In this document: in pieces, positions 1-9,853 of the stretch
Layout: each line of letters starts with the position of its first letter
Numbering within the stretch: position 1 is the first letter of the stretch
Translations under genes and position numbers: made by a program
Assembly (NCBI GenBank): GCA_041659905.1
Contig: JBAZXK010000003.1
Coordinates: 1 to 60,094 of the forward strand
From: Patescibacteria group bacterium
Lineage (GTDB): Bacteria > Patescibacteriota > Kazan-3B-28 > UBA10110
Direction of reading: 5' to 3'
Length of the DNA: 60,094 bases
The notes under the pieces: model-generated
The model's input: the letters and a program-made list of their open reading frames with translations, nothing else
Told to the model about the DNA's origin: nothing
The model's database searches: none

Positions 1-323
1 TATCTTTTCGGCTGGAGAGATCGGATGTCTTGTTTAGCTAAGAACTTCAGAAAAACCCGCAAGGCAATGATGTGGTAATTTTGGGTAATTAATTTCAGCG
101 GTTGGCCGGTGGCATCTTTGGTGTGATTAAGATGCAGACGGTATTTCCGCACCAATGGCAGAGTAATTAGAGCGGGGGAGAATTTCTTATCTCCACTGTG
201 AGTGGCAAAATCGGCAAACCGGCTCAAATAATGAGCATAGTTCTCGATAGTTTTAGAACTGCGATTTTTTTCGATTTCCAGATAATCCAAAAAATCATCA
301 ATATGAGTTTCAACAATGCTCAT
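1..323 (-). CDS. tyrosine recombinase XerC/XerD-like, N-terminal part (gene runs off the window edge)
   Basis: Absent from the ORF track because it is truncated by the window edge. My reverse-strand translation from the ATG at 323 reads MSIVETHIDDFLDYLEIEKNRSSKTIENYAHYLSRF..., which matches the SAM-like N-terminal domain pattern of Xer/phage-integrase recombinases. An in-frame ATG also exists at 341. Confidence 0.7.
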   Translation of the reverse strand, partial: MSIVETHIDDFLDYLEIEKNRSSKTIENYAHYLSRFADFATHSGDKKFSPALITLPLVRKYRLHLNHTKDATGQPLKLITQNYHIIALRVFLKFLAKQDIRSLQPKR

Positions 324-362
324 ACCTACATTGTGCGACATCTACCCAATAAATACAAAAAT

Positions 363-1586
363 TTATCGGGGCAAGTAATCCAGTGGATTCATCAGTGATC
401 CGCTATGGCGAATTTCGAAATGAACATGAGGGCCAGTAGAACGACCAGTACTTCCCATAATGGCAATCAGCTGCCCTTGTTGGACATAATCGCCAGACTT
501 AACTTTAAATTGAGCTAAGTGGCCGTAATAAGTGACCCAACCGCTTCCATGACTAATAGTTATTAGGTTGCCATAACCGCCATTATAGCCAGTTTTTGTG
601 GTTACTACTCCCGCAGCACTGGCGTAGATGCCCCAACCATTCAAGCGGTTAAGATCAACTGCCATATGTCCTCGGCGCGGAGATTGACTAATGAAACGAG
701 TAGGAGATTGTGTCGGCCAAGCAAACTGTCCTGAGTAAGGTATTGGATTATAAGCCGGCACATTTATGCTAGAGCCAGAAGAGGAAGCAGTAGGTGCTTT
801 CGGGAGAACGGCTCCCGGAATTAAGAGTTCTTGTCCGGCATGGATAGGATCGCCGGCAGTGAGGCCGTTATATTTTTGAATATCATCTACTTTAACTTTA
901 TAGCGGGAGGCTAGACTGCTGAGAGTGTCGTTTTTTTTGACGGCCACATATAGACCATCGACAGGCGGGATGCGTAATTCCTGACCAGTTTTTAAAGTAG
1001 TGCTAGATAAATTGTTCGCATATTTAATAGTTAAGGCTGTGAGTCCAAAATCATTAGCCAATGTGTTTAAAGTTTCTCCAGACCGCACGGTATACTTAAT
1101 CGTTTCTTTTCGGGAACTGCGACTGATAATCGTATCGGTGCCACCGGTTTTAAAGAAATAATCACCGGTAGTGTCGAGTGGCACACTATATTCCTCTGCG
1201 TTAAGCGGGTTGCCGAACTCTTCAATGTCGGCGATAGAAGCGAGTTGAGCAATAGTCCGGTACCGTGCCCCTGTACTGGTAGTAGGCCCCCCGGCGTCAG
1301 CTTGGGGATATACTCTCAAACCAGAAAAAATCACCATGACTGCCAATCCAACTACCCACCAACGAGTATTATAAACCGCCAGATGGCGATTCATTTGTTG
1401 TAAACTGAGAGTTCTTTTATTGCCAGATCCTTTACTAAGCCGGATGGTTTTTAAGCCACGTTTCTGGCGCCCGATTTGTTGCAACAAATCGGCGGCAGGC
1501 GAAAGATTAATTTTTGTGCCCCGTCCGCGGTGGAGTCGAGAAGAGCGGAAAGGGAATTTTCCAGGAGTATTAATAGATGTCCTCAC
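363..1586 (-). CDS. M23 family metallopeptidase with two LysM domains and an N-terminal membrane anchor
   Basis: HMAVDL (HxxxD) and GSTGRSTGPHVHFE (HxH) M23 motifs. Two LysM-like repeats: YTVRSGETLNTLANDFG and YVAVKKNDTLSSLASRYKV. TM segment WWVVGLAVMVIFSG. Confidence 0.85.
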   Translation of the reverse strand: MRTSINTPGKFPFRSSRLHRGRGTKINLSPAADLLQQIGRQKRGLKTIRLSKGSGNKRTLSLQQMNRHLAVYNTRWWVVGLAVMVIFSGLRVYPQADAGGPTTSTGARYRTIAQLASIADIEEFGNPLNAEEYSVPLDTTGDYFFKTGGTDTIISRSSRKETIKYTVRSGETLNTLANDFGLTALTIKYANNLSSTTLKTGQELRIPPVDGLYVAVKKNDTLSSLASRYKVKVDDIQKYNGLTAGDPIHAGQELLIPGAVLPKAPTASSSGSSINVPAYNPIPYSGQFAWPTQSPTRFISQSPRRGHMAVDLNRLNGWGIYASAAGVVTTKTGYNGGYGNLITISHGSGWVTYYGHLAQFKVKSGDYVQQGQLIAIMGSTGRSTGPHVHFEIRHSGSLMNPLDYLPR

Positions 1587-1726
1587 GGTTTAAGAATGGG
1601 CTAAAATTGGCGGGAATTGTTGCCCGCCCCCCGGCGTCTTTAAATTTAAAAAAGCTTATCGGGAAGCCTTCTGCAACCAAAGAATATCCTAGCACAAGAG
1701 GGATGGATTGTCAACCAAGTTAATCC

Positions 1727-2743
1727 TTAATTTACCTGTATGGAAGCCACTTTTTCTTCTAATATACTTTCTCCGGCTTCAGTAGTAACCAGTAAAGACA
1801 AGCGGTATAAGCCGGGATTTTTAGGTGCAGGAATTACGCCGCTAAAAACGCTAGATTTATTAGCGTCTTGCAGGGGATACTGAACTTTATCTAACTCCAA
1901 ACTGACCGCTTTAGTATCAGCCGACACCGGGATGAAAATGCGGAAAGTTTCTCCGGCCTTGACCGGATTGGGTGTAATGCGAAGATTACTGAGGTCAATT
2001 TCCGGATCGGGAGTTTGAATATCGATATTAATCGCAGAACTAATGGCACTCCGAATCCCATACTTATTTATAGTAGCAGCAGTCAACGTGTGCCGGCCGC
2101 GCCTAATCGCTTGTTCTAGGGGATGAGAAAAATTACCGGTTTTGTCTACCTCTAAAGTACTATTCAAACCGGTGTCGATATAAATTTCTACCTGAGTACT
2201 AACTGGCGCTTGTCCGGAAATCAACGGAGTAGCAGTATTAAATATGGCATTGTTAGTAGGGGCAGTCAGGGTAGGTAATGAAGGAGGTGTTGGATCAAAA
2301 GCTTCGATAGCAATGTTTTTAGTTAAGTGTTTGTAGGAAAATGCCAGAGTAATCAGTTGGGGTTGATTGGGAGCTCGCAAAAGAACACGTTTAGATATAT
2401 TGGTTGGAGTAATCGTAGCCACCGTGAGTTCGGTTTGCCCACTGATGATAGCGGCAGTGATTTCAGTGCCGTCTAACAACTGGTCTTGGTTATTTTTTAG
2501 CTGAATATCAATATAAATTTGAGCCAGGCCATTAGCCGGAATGATACTATTCTCTGGCGTGATATTAAACTGGATACGGGGGATTACCAGGCTCATCCAG
2601 GAACGATATATAATCGATAAACCATCCGCATACACAAAAGAGATGATTCCTATGGTTGCCAGTAGAATAACGACAAGTAAATTCAGCCCAATTCTAGGAG
2701 CTAATTTATGTGATGGTTTTTTGACAAGAGTAGTTTTCGTCAC
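1727..2743 (-). CDS. hypothetical membrane-anchored protein with Ig-like/beta-sandwich-looking repeats
   Basis: 338-aa ORF with an N-terminal TM helix (LNLLVVILLATIGIISFVY) followed by T/S/P-rich beta-type sequence. I recognised no catalytic motif. Confidence 0.6.
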   Translation of the reverse strand: MTKTTLVKKPSHKLAPRIGLNLLVVILLATIGIISFVYADGLSIIYRSWMSLVIPRIQFNITPENSIIPANGLAQIYIDIQLKNNQDQLLDGTEITAAIISGQTELTVATITPTNISKRVLLRAPNQPQLITLAFSYKHLTKNIAIEAFDPTPPSLPTLTAPTNNAIFNTATPLISGQAPVSTQVEIYIDTGLNSTLEVDKTGNFSHPLEQAIRRGRHTLTAATINKYGIRSAISSAINIDIQTPDPEIDLSNLRITPNPVKAGETFRIFIPVSADTKAVSLELDKVQYPLQDANKSSVFSGVIPAPKNPGLYRLSLLVTTEAGESILEEKVASIQVN

Positions 2744-2846
2744 GTCAAAATAGATTTGCTCTTTTCATTGTGATGACGGCGATATTTTTTTGTCAATCTA
2801 TTTCTGATATATTAAATAGGTATTAACTCTTTAATAGTAGATCAAT

Positions 2847-4256
2847 ATGGTTATCAGAAAGAAGGATTTGCGAGCCAAGCGAGTGAGTCGTAGTTTGGCC
2901 GCCGAGCGCGAGGAAGTAGCAGATATGGAGGTCGATACTAATGTGCATGTTTTACGTAAACCCAGCTCGGCTAAGCGGTTTTGGGGGATAAGTCTTTTGG
3001 TTATAGTCTTGTTATTGGCGGGTTGGTTTGGCACTAAGTTAGCTTGGAGTGGCTGGAATGTATCCAAAGATACCTTGTTTAAAGATTTATTTAGCTTCGG
3101 GACAACTACCCTCATAGGAGAAGACAAAGGAAGAGTCAATATCCTGCTCATGGGCATCCCGGGAGAGGGTAATGATGGTCCGAATCTAACTGACACCTTA
3201 ATGGTAGCCAGTTTAGCGACTAACACCGAAGGGCAAAGTTTTCTGTTTTCTCTCCCACGAGATTTATATGTAAAAGTGCCTAATTACGGCAATACTAAGA
3301 TCAATGCTGTTTATGAAATTGGTAATGGCCAAACTGCTGGGAGTGGAGGTAAACTAACCTCCCAGGTAACAGGAGAGATTTTAGGATTAGATATTCCTTA
3401 CTACTGCAAGTTAGATTTTTCTGGTTTTGAAAAGTTTATCGACGAACTGGGCGGTATCACTGTTACCGTAGATAAGAATCTATATGATGATAAGTACCCG
3501 GCTGCCAATAAAGGGTACCAGGTAGTCGACATTAAGGCAGGCACTTACACTATGGATGGGGCAACAGCGCTTAAATATGCCAGATCTCGCCAAACTACTT
3601 CTGACTTTGATCGAGCCCGACGACAGCAAATTGTTATGATGGCAGTTAAGACCAAAGCCAGCGAATTAAATTTGCTTACTAATCCGGCTAAAGCCTTGGC
3701 GTTAATCGATATTTTGTCTAATCATTTCGAAAGCAATATGAAATTGGCGGAAATGAAGCGGCTGATCAATCTGATGAAAGATTTTGACGTGACTAAATTA
3801 GTGACCAAGGTGTTTGATGATTCACCCACAGGATTACTGTATGGGACTAAAGTGGACGAAATTTATGTGCTGAGGCCTACCGGTGATGATTTTACAATTA
3901 TCAGCGACTATGTAGCTAAAATCATTTCCGGAACAGCTAAGATAGAAGATTTAGAACAACAAGTCAGCAAGGAACCTTTGAAAATAGAGGTACTTAACGG
4001 CACCACCATAACTGGTTTGGCCAAAAAAGTAGCCACTAAATTAGAAACAGCTGGTTACAAGATAGTCAGCACGGGTAACAATACCGTCAAAGGCTTTACT
4101 AAAAATGTTGTCTACGATCTTAGTAACGGAGAGCGTGTTTGGGAAGTAAGAAAATTAGCCGAGAGCCTGCAGGCCGAAATCAGTACCGAAAAAGTGACTA
4201 GTACCACCGGAGCTTTAGCCAGGGTCGTACTGGGCAGTGATGCAGTTAATCAATAA
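2847..4256 (+). CDS. LytR-CpsA-Psr (LCP) family cell-envelope phosphotransferase with a C-terminal LytR_C-like domain
   Basis: TM anchor, then NILLMGIPGEG..GPNLTDTLMVASL, LPRDLYV and ALKYARSRQTTSDFDRARRQQ, which are typical LCP motifs. Confidence 0.85.
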   Translation: MVIRKKDLRAKRVSRSLAAEREEVADMEVDTNVHVLRKPSSAKRFWGISLLVIVLLLAGWFGTKLAWSGWNVSKDTLFKDLFSFGTTTLIGEDKGRVNILLMGIPGEGNDGPNLTDTLMVASLATNTEGQSFLFSLPRDLYVKVPNYGNTKINAVYEIGNGQTAGSGGKLTSQVTGEILGLDIPYYCKLDFSGFEKFIDELGGITVTVDKNLYDDKYPAANKGYQVVDIKAGTYTMDGATALKYARSRQTTSDFDRARRQQIVMMAVKTKASELNLLTNPAKALALIDILSNHFESNMKLAEMKRLINLMKDFDVTKLVTKVFDDSPTGLLYGTKVDEIYVLRPTGDDFTIISDYVAKIISGTAKIEDLEQQVSKEPLKIEVLNGTTITGLAKKVATKLETAGYKIVSTGNNTVKGFTKNVVYDLSNGERVWEVRKLAESLQAEISTEKVTSTTGALARVVLGSDAVNQ

Positions 4257-5061
4257 AATGGGCACAATGATCTGGGATAGTTTATGGCATTATCGTAAGC
4301 TAATTCTCTTAGAATTAGCTCTCCTCAGCCTTTTGCAGGCGATGTATTGGTGGCCGCCACTTTTACTGTGGTGGTTGTTAGCTGTAATAATGGTTGCTCT
4401 GGTTTTTGCTTGGTGGATCGGTAACGCCAAATTTCAGCATGATGTAGGAGTATTCGCCGCCGAATTGTTATGGGGCGTTTTATCGGGGGTAGGATTTTTA
4501 TCTTTTTCCCTATTTAATCTCTGGCAAGCCCAGCTGACCATTTTGATTATCGGGGTAATCATTGCCTTTGTGGCGATTTGTCACCAGAATCGGATCGATT
4601 CCGGTCAGTGGAGTTTACCGGCCATCAACTGGCTCGGCTCCATCGATTTATTAATCCTATTTATCGGTACCCTCTCTCTGATGGTTTTGGTGCGCTTCTA
4701 TTACAACAATTTCAGTGTAGTCTGGCTTATGTTGGGGACGTTTATTCAGTTAGGATTAGCTCTTTACTTGTTGTTTTGGCGGCAAAGCTTGCCGATTGCC
4801 AGATTTTGGTTATATGCCATAGTGCTAGCTCTGATCGGGGAAGAAATGGTTTGGATGACCAATGCCTGGAATAAAAATGCCTATTTCAAGGCCTTTCTCT
4901 TGCTGGTGATTTATTATTTATTCTCCGAGCTGGTGGCGCATTATTTGCGAGGCAATTTGACGGTACGAGTAGCTTTTGAATATATTGGGATAGCTCTAGT
5001 TTTGATATTGGCTCTTTTCATCTTTGACTGGTTGTTTGTTTTAGCGCCTAATATCTTGTAA
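4237..5061 (+). CDS. polytopic integral membrane protein, function unknown
   Basis: 274-aa ORF that is almost entirely hydrophobic helices. It overlaps the end of the LCP gene; the start may instead be the ATG at 4258. Confidence 0.6.
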   Translation: MMQLINKMGTMIWDSLWHYRKLILLELALLSLLQAMYWWPPLLLWWLLAVIMVALVFAWWIGNAKFQHDVGVFAAELLWGVLSGVGFLSFSLFNLWQAQLTILIIGVIIAFVAICHQNRIDSGQWSLPAINWLGSIDLLILFIGTLSLMVLVRFYYNNFSVVWLMLGTFIQLGLALYLLFWRQSLPIARFWLYAIVLALIGEEMVWMTNAWNKNAYFKAFLLLVIYYLFSELVAHYLRGNLTVRVAFEYIGIALVLILALFIFDWLFVLAPNIL

Positions 5062-5149
5062 TTGACAACGTTTTCTGCGCGTTGTCATCCCTGCCTACCG
5101 GCAGGCAGGCTGGCTTTGCCCAGGATCATATAATTAATTTTTAGTTGAT

Positions 5150-6274
5150 ATGGATAAAAATAAGTTCAATTCTTTTTTGTACAGTATGTTCGGAGGGATC
5201 CTAGGTGGAGCTTTATTGATGAGTTTAGCTCTCTGGGGGGGTTGGTACGGAGGGGTGAATAATTCTTTGCCAACCAATTCCTCAAACAATACCACTTCGC
5301 AAACCGTCACTTTGCAAGAGGATTCGGCCATTATCGATGCGGTGGCCAAGGTATCTCCTTCCGTTGTCAGTATTGTGTCCACACGCAATGTCCAAAGCTT
5401 CTTTGGAATGGTACAGGAGCAGGGAGCAGGCACGGGGTTTGTGATCAAATCTACCGGCTTGATTGCCACTAATAAACACGTAGTCAGTGACCAAGCCACT
5501 TATAAAGTACTAACAGCTGATGGTAAAAGTTATGATGCCACAGTGGTAGCCCAAGATCCGCTCAACGATCTAGCTCTCGTTAAGATTAATGCCACTGGGC
5601 TCAAGGCAGTTGAGTTGGGTGATTCGGATAAATTAAAGGTAGGCCAACAGGTGATTGCGATTGGTAACGCCTTGGGAGAATATCAAAACACGGTCACTCG
5701 CGGCATTGTCAGTGCCATTGGCCGCACAATCACGGCAGGAGGCGGGGATGGTTCCTCGGAAACTTTAGAAGGAGTGATCCAAACTGATGCCACAATTAAT
5801 CCTGGTAATTCCGGGGGGCCGCTGGTTAATTTATTCGGTCAGGTAATAGGGATTAATACAGCTATGGATTTACAAGGCAGCCAGATTGGTTTTGCTATCC
5901 CGATAAATAGCGTCAAGTCAGCTTTAGATTCGTATGCCACTACCGGCAAAATCTCTCGGCCGATGTTGGGCATCCGTTACATAAATATCACCAAAGAATT
6001 AGCTGCCCTCGAAAAATTGGAAGTAACGCAAGGCGCTTTAGTGGTTAAAGGAAGTAACGCGGAACAACCGGCAGTTACGCCCGGCGGACCAGCAGATAAG
6101 GCGGGAATCAAGGAAAATGATATCCTAGTCAGTATCAACAATAAAACCATCAATGAAAATAATAGTATCGCCTCGCTACTGCGCACCTATAAACCGGGCG
6201 ATACGGTTACTATTAAGCTTTTGCGGGCCGGCAAAGAACTGCAAGTAACTGTGAAATTAGGCGAACTAAAGTAA
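5150..6274 (+). CDS. htrA: HtrA/DegP-family serine protease with one PDZ domain
   Basis: Catalytic triad contexts TNKHVV, NDLALVKI and GNSGGPL. C-terminal PDZ-like region (GALVV...GGPADKAGIKENDILVSIN). Confidence 0.9.
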   Translation: MDKNKFNSFLYSMFGGILGGALLMSLALWGGWYGGVNNSLPTNSSNNTTSQTVTLQEDSAIIDAVAKVSPSVVSIVSTRNVQSFFGMVQEQGAGTGFVIKSTGLIATNKHVVSDQATYKVLTADGKSYDATVVAQDPLNDLALVKINATGLKAVELGDSDKLKVGQQVIAIGNALGEYQNTVTRGIVSAIGRTITAGGGDGSSETLEGVIQTDATINPGNSGGPLVNLFGQVIGINTAMDLQGSQIGFAIPINSVKSALDSYATTGKISRPMLGIRYINITKELAALEKLEVTQGALVVKGSNAEQPAVTPGGPADKAGIKENDILVSINNKTINENNSIASLLRTYKPGDTVTIKLLRAGKELQVTVKLGELK

Positions 6275-6295
6275 ACAGAAAATTTACACAATCTA

Positions 6296-6321
6296 AAAAC
6301 CCGCTTAAGTAGCGGGTTTTT
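6296..6321. terminator. bidirectional rho-independent terminator between convergent genes
   Basis: aaaaacccgcttaagtagcgggttttt: a GC stem flanked by an A-run and a T-run, between the stop of htrA and the stop of the 6340..7035 gene. Confidence 0.7.
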
Positions 6322-6339
6322 AGTAATAGTTGAGATTAA

Positions 6340-7035
6340 TTAGTCACGGTGCTTCATCTCTTTGCGGACATCTTCAAGAGTTTCAGCAGCAGCTTTTTGG
6401 CCACCTAGGCCGAAAGCCAAACCGCCAGCCAAAGCAATCATAAAGAAGACTGCCATCATCAAGTAATTGATGATCATAGTGGCTACCCCTAATTGATTAA
6501 GGGCGATCAGAAGGGTGAAGATCCAGATAATCCACTTAGTCATGGCGGCTAGGAAGTTGGCAGAGCGGATTTTCGCTACGCCCACAGTTCCCCGGACGAC
6601 ATGAGAGAAGAAATTAGCAGCCAACATTCCGATTAAGAGAATGCCGACAGCCACAAAGATATTCGGAACATAACCCAGGATTTCATCTAAGAAACCAGTT
6701 ACCTGAGTTAATCCTAGGATATCTGCAGCGGCCAGGAAGGCTACCAACAGAATGGTCCACCGGACTAAACCGCCGACAAAATCGGAGGTTTCAAAGTCGA
6801 CGCCGGATTTACGGAAGAAATTCCGCACACCAACTTTATTTAAGGCTGCATCCAGCTTAATTTGCTTTAAGATCTGAGTTACTAATCTATCCAACCCGGC
6901 GGCGATGATCCATCCGATGATGAGGATCAACAACGCGCCAATCAAATTGGGCAGGAAGACTAGGAACCGATACCAGATGTCTTGCAGCGGGGTAAGCACA
7001 GCCGTTCCCCACGAATTGAGAAGATTGCCTTGCAT
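6340..7035 (-). CDS. membrane protein with conserved-TM-helix repeats (resembles the N-terminal part of MscS-like channels)
   Basis: 231-aa ORF with repeated amphipathic/TM segments (LPNLIGALLILIIGWIIA, LVRWTILLVAFLAAADILG, IFVAVGILLIGMLAANF). Assignment is by resemblance only. Confidence 0.5.
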   Translation of the reverse strand: MQGNLLNSWGTAVLTPLQDIWYRFLVFLPNLIGALLILIIGWIIAAGLDRLVTQILKQIKLDAALNKVGVRNFFRKSGVDFETSDFVGGLVRWTILLVAFLAAADILGLTQVTGFLDEILGYVPNIFVAVGILLIGMLAANFFSHVVRGTVGVAKIRSANFLAAMTKWIIWIFTLLIALNQLGVATMIINYLMMAVFFMIALAGGLAFGLGGQKAAAETLEDVRKEMKHRD

Positions 7036-7194
7036 AGGGCTCCTTTCAAATTAATATAAAATAATAATAACTTTGCTGTAGGAAATAAACATCAAAACTT
7101 TTCCGTAAGCGCACACGATTGTCAAAGTCCTGATGTTCCTCTGTATTATACCTAATAATGAAAATATCTACAATCAGGAGTAGGACTAAAAGAC

Positions 7195-7218
7195 AAAACC
7201 AGCCCTAGGGCTGGTTTT
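7195..7218 (-). terminator. hairpin terminator downstream of the 7265..7837 gene
   Basis: aaaaccagccctagggctggtttt: a perfect stem with flanking A/T runs. Confidence 0.55.
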
Positions 7219-7264
7219 AATTGTATCTTCGATAAATGTCTAAAATGTGCGTTTACTTAACTGT

Positions 7265-7837
7265 TTAATCGGTGTCGAAAGCAACTTTTAATTCTTCCGT
7301 ATTCCACCATTCAACAGTTAAGAGACCTTCAGGTTTGCTACCTGGTCGCTTTAGCGCCAACTTAATCCATCCCCCTACCATCATTTGTAGCAACAAGGAG
7401 GTGTCCGTATGCGCCAGTTCCTCTACATGTTTACGAGGCGTTTCTATCTCCTGTGGGCGGACTAATTCGTAGTGGTGAGAGCTACCAGTGATAAACACTA
7501 AAGCCTCTGTGCTCTGGGAATCTGATTCTTCTTCTTGGATGGTGATTGGTAGTGACCCTTCTGGGGGCCATCCAATGGTTGCATATTCCATTGTGTAAAG
7601 ATCATCCAGTTTCCTTGGTTTATCAGGGTCAGGATCAGGACGAGGCACAGCTTTTAATCTAGTGCCCGATCCCAGGTCAAGAAAAAGATCTTTTGAAGGC
7701 GATTTACCCTTTTTGGGCGAGGAAGGCCACATTGTTATCCCGGGTTTTTTTGTGATGTACTTCTCATTAAACCCCCAGATTTTCAATGTGAACGCTTTCA
7801 TGGCTACCATAATTGTGTCACCTCGGATTTTTATCAA
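7265..7837 (-). CDS. hypothetical protein (orphan)
   Basis: 190-aa ORF. The likely start is further in (MVAMKAF or MKAF). It has a PDPDPDKP linker and no motif I recognise. Confidence 0.5.
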   Translation of the reverse strand: MIKIRGDTIMVAMKAFTLKIWGFNEKYITKKPGITMWPSSPKKGKSPSKDLFLDLGSGTRLKAVPRPDPDPDKPRKLDDLYTMEYATIGWPPEGSLPITIQEEESDSQSTEALVFITGSSHHYELVRPQEIETPRKHVEELAHTDTSLLLQMMVGGWIKLALKRPGSKPEGLLTVEWWNTEELKVAFDTD

Positions 7838-7936
7838 GTTTCAACGAAACATTCTAATATATCACAAATCATCTCTAGGTAGGGCTGGTCTTAAAATAGC
7901 CAGCGCTTACAACGCTGGCTATAATCTAGCTAATGA

Positions 7937-8419
7937 CTAAGACTTTACCTTCTCTGTGGATGTCTTGAGATCGTTTCCATCCCAAGAAATGCAATGTACG
8001 GCTCGCTTAGTGGTAATAGTAATAATTCCACCGCAATCGAGAGTGATAAACAATTCTCGCTCACCGGGCTTATAGATCTCTGTTCCGTTCTGAATGGATA
8101 TAACCCCTAAATTATCTCTCCTCCAGAAGCTAAAGAAACGCACTAATGCTTGTGTTTCAGGACAAGCAACGGTTTCTATAAAGGCGATGCGATCGCGATT
8201 ATCTTTAGCTAGTCTGACATTGTGGATTAAAGGAGGGGGCAGGATATTTTTGCCCGCTATATCAGTAGGTTGGAAAGGATTGAGATAGAGGCATTTAACA
8301 ACCTTTCGTCCAGCTAAAGCATAACGAGGACAATTTCTTAGTGGAGCTATTTCCCATATTTCTAAGCCGGCTGTGAGAGTAACCTTAGTTAATCCGCAAA
8401 TGACGGTGAAGGCTTGCAT
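7937..8419 (-). CDS. hypothetical protein (orphan)
   Basis: 160-aa ORF preceded by aaggaggg on the reverse strand (8424-8431). No motif I recognise. Confidence 0.55.
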   Translation of the reverse strand: MQAFTVICGLTKVTLTAGLEIWEIAPLRNCPRYALAGRKVVKCLYLNPFQPTDIAGKNILPPPLIHNVRLAKDNRDRIAFIETVACPETQALVRFFSFWRRDNLGVISIQNGTEIYKPGERELFITLDCGGIITITTKRAVHCISWDGNDLKTSTEKVKS

Positions 8420-8596
8420 TTGGCGCCCTCCTTTTTATGATTTCAAAGTGATTTTTCAGACGCTTTATTATAACCCAGTAAATTTAGTTAATCCAATATA
8501 GTAAAAACTACCGTCAGGTGACATTAGAGTTAATTATTGGTGGGCGAAACCCGATTTTTCTTTTTAAGCTACGAGATGGACAGGGAAGATTTGAAA

Positions 8597-8680
8597 TGGT
8601 GCCCTGGGAGAGACTTGAACTCTCAATCCTTGCGGAACTAGCTCCTAAAGCTAGCGTGTATGCCATTTCACCACCAGGGC
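8597..8680 (-). tRNA. tRNA-Leu(UAG), CCA encoded
   Basis: The reverse complement gccctggtggtgaaatggcatacacgctagctttaggagctagttccgcaaggattgagagttcaagtctctcccagggcacca folds as a class II tRNA. Acceptor gccctgg/cccaggg, anticodon stem ctagc/gctag, loop tttagga, long variable arm, T-loop ttcaagt. Confidence 0.9.
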
Positions 8681-8764
8681 AAACTCAATTCCATTGTATT
8701 ATATATAGCAAATAAGGATTTCTGTTGGTTGTCTAACCTACTAAACTTCTAACCTACTGGTTCG

Positions 8765-9343
8765 CTATATCGTGATCAGGTCTTTTAATTTAGCGTATTT
8801 GGTAGCCGAGATGCCGCTAACTTTCATCAAATCTTCTTTCTTTTTAAACGGACCCTTCTTGGTGCGGTAATCAATAATATATCCGGCGGTGACCGGGCCA
8901 ATCCCCGGCAAGGTGTCTAATTCGGCCGAGTTGGCTGTGTTGATATTGACCGGCCCAGCCACAGCAGTGGTGCTACTGCTGGTGCTACCCGCCACGGAAT
9001 AATTCACTTCCCCTTTGACGGGAATATAAATTTTCCCGTGGTTTTGCAATTCAGCCGCCCGGTTAACTGTGCGAGCCATTAGTTCTAAATCAGCCTGATC
9101 GGTCAACCCGCCGGCCTGTTTAATGGCATCTTCAATAATTTGCCCAGTGGTGAAATTGTAAACTCCCGGAGTTTGAACTGCTCCAGCGATATCAATCGTA
9201 ACCTGTTCGCTGGCATTAGTAGTTTTAGTAGAAGAATTAGAATATTTAATAATGAAATAAGCGCCCAGAAGCAGGCTAATAGTCAAAATTATTCCTAAAG
9301 GTAAAGCGATTTTATCTAGAACTTTTCCGTAATCTAATTGCAT
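8765..9343 (-). CDS. comEA: ComEA-type DNA-binding protein (SLBB + helix-hairpin-helix)
   Basis: N-terminal TM anchor. C-terminal INTANSAELDTLPGIGPVTAGYIIDYR...VSGISATKYAKLKDLI HhH pair. Confidence 0.85.
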   Translation of the reverse strand: MQLDYGKVLDKIALPLGIILTISLLLGAYFIIKYSNSSTKTTNASEQVTIDIAGAVQTPGVYNFTTGQIIEDAIKQAGGLTDQADLELMARTVNRAAELQNHGKIYIPVKGEVNYSVAGSTSSSTTAVAGPVNINTANSAELDTLPGIGPVTAGYIIDYRTKKGPFKKKEDLMKVSGISATKYAKLKDLITI

Positions 9344-9448
9344 AAATTTAGCTTATCCGAGGTTTAGTAGAAAGCAAAACCGGATCCATTGTTGTGGACC
9401 CGGTTTTTTTGTTCGGGTCTCAGTGAAGATAATAGAACTGAATCAGCA

Positions 9449-9787
9449 TCAACAAGCATGAATCTCCTCCTTCTTTTTGCGGATTGGCGACATGCGGTTG
9501 TTACTGTGAGGGTATGCACCAATCTGGGTGCGGTCAACTAAATAATATTTATCATCTGGCGGCGGCAGGACACGAAGGTGCTTCATCATTAGAGGCAAGT
9601 CTCCCATCTGACTGATAGATCTATTAATGAGATCCAGGCTGATGAAGGTAACTGGCTTGATGATTTTATCAATCTCATCAGCCAACCGCTCACCCTCGCG
9701 TTGATTCTTGCAGGCGAGCATCTGCTTGTACAGATGAACGATCTGTTCACACTCTTCGATGGTTAGATCTGGCTTCTTCTCTGTCAT
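9449..9787 (-). CDS. hypothetical protein
   Basis: The ORF track gives 9449..9841. The ATG at 9787 (MTEKKPDL...) sits about 8 nt after aaggagg on the reverse strand, so I prefer it as the start. Confidence 0.5.
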   Translation of the reverse strand: MTEKKPDLTIEECEQIVHLYKQMLACKNQREGERLADEIDKIIKPVTFISLDLINRSISQMGDLPLMMKHLRVLPPPDDKYYLVDRTQIGAYPHSNNRMSPIRKKKEEIHAC

Positions 9788-9853
9788 TACCATCACCTCC
9801 TTGTGGAGAATTTGCCTTGCTGACCCGAAAGCAAGGAACAATATTATACATAT

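Noticed and set aside
198-398. 66-aa plus-strand ORF at the window start.
   Set aside because: It is antisense to the clearly homologous xerC/D-like N-terminus (1..323) and overlaps the end of the M23 peptidase gene.
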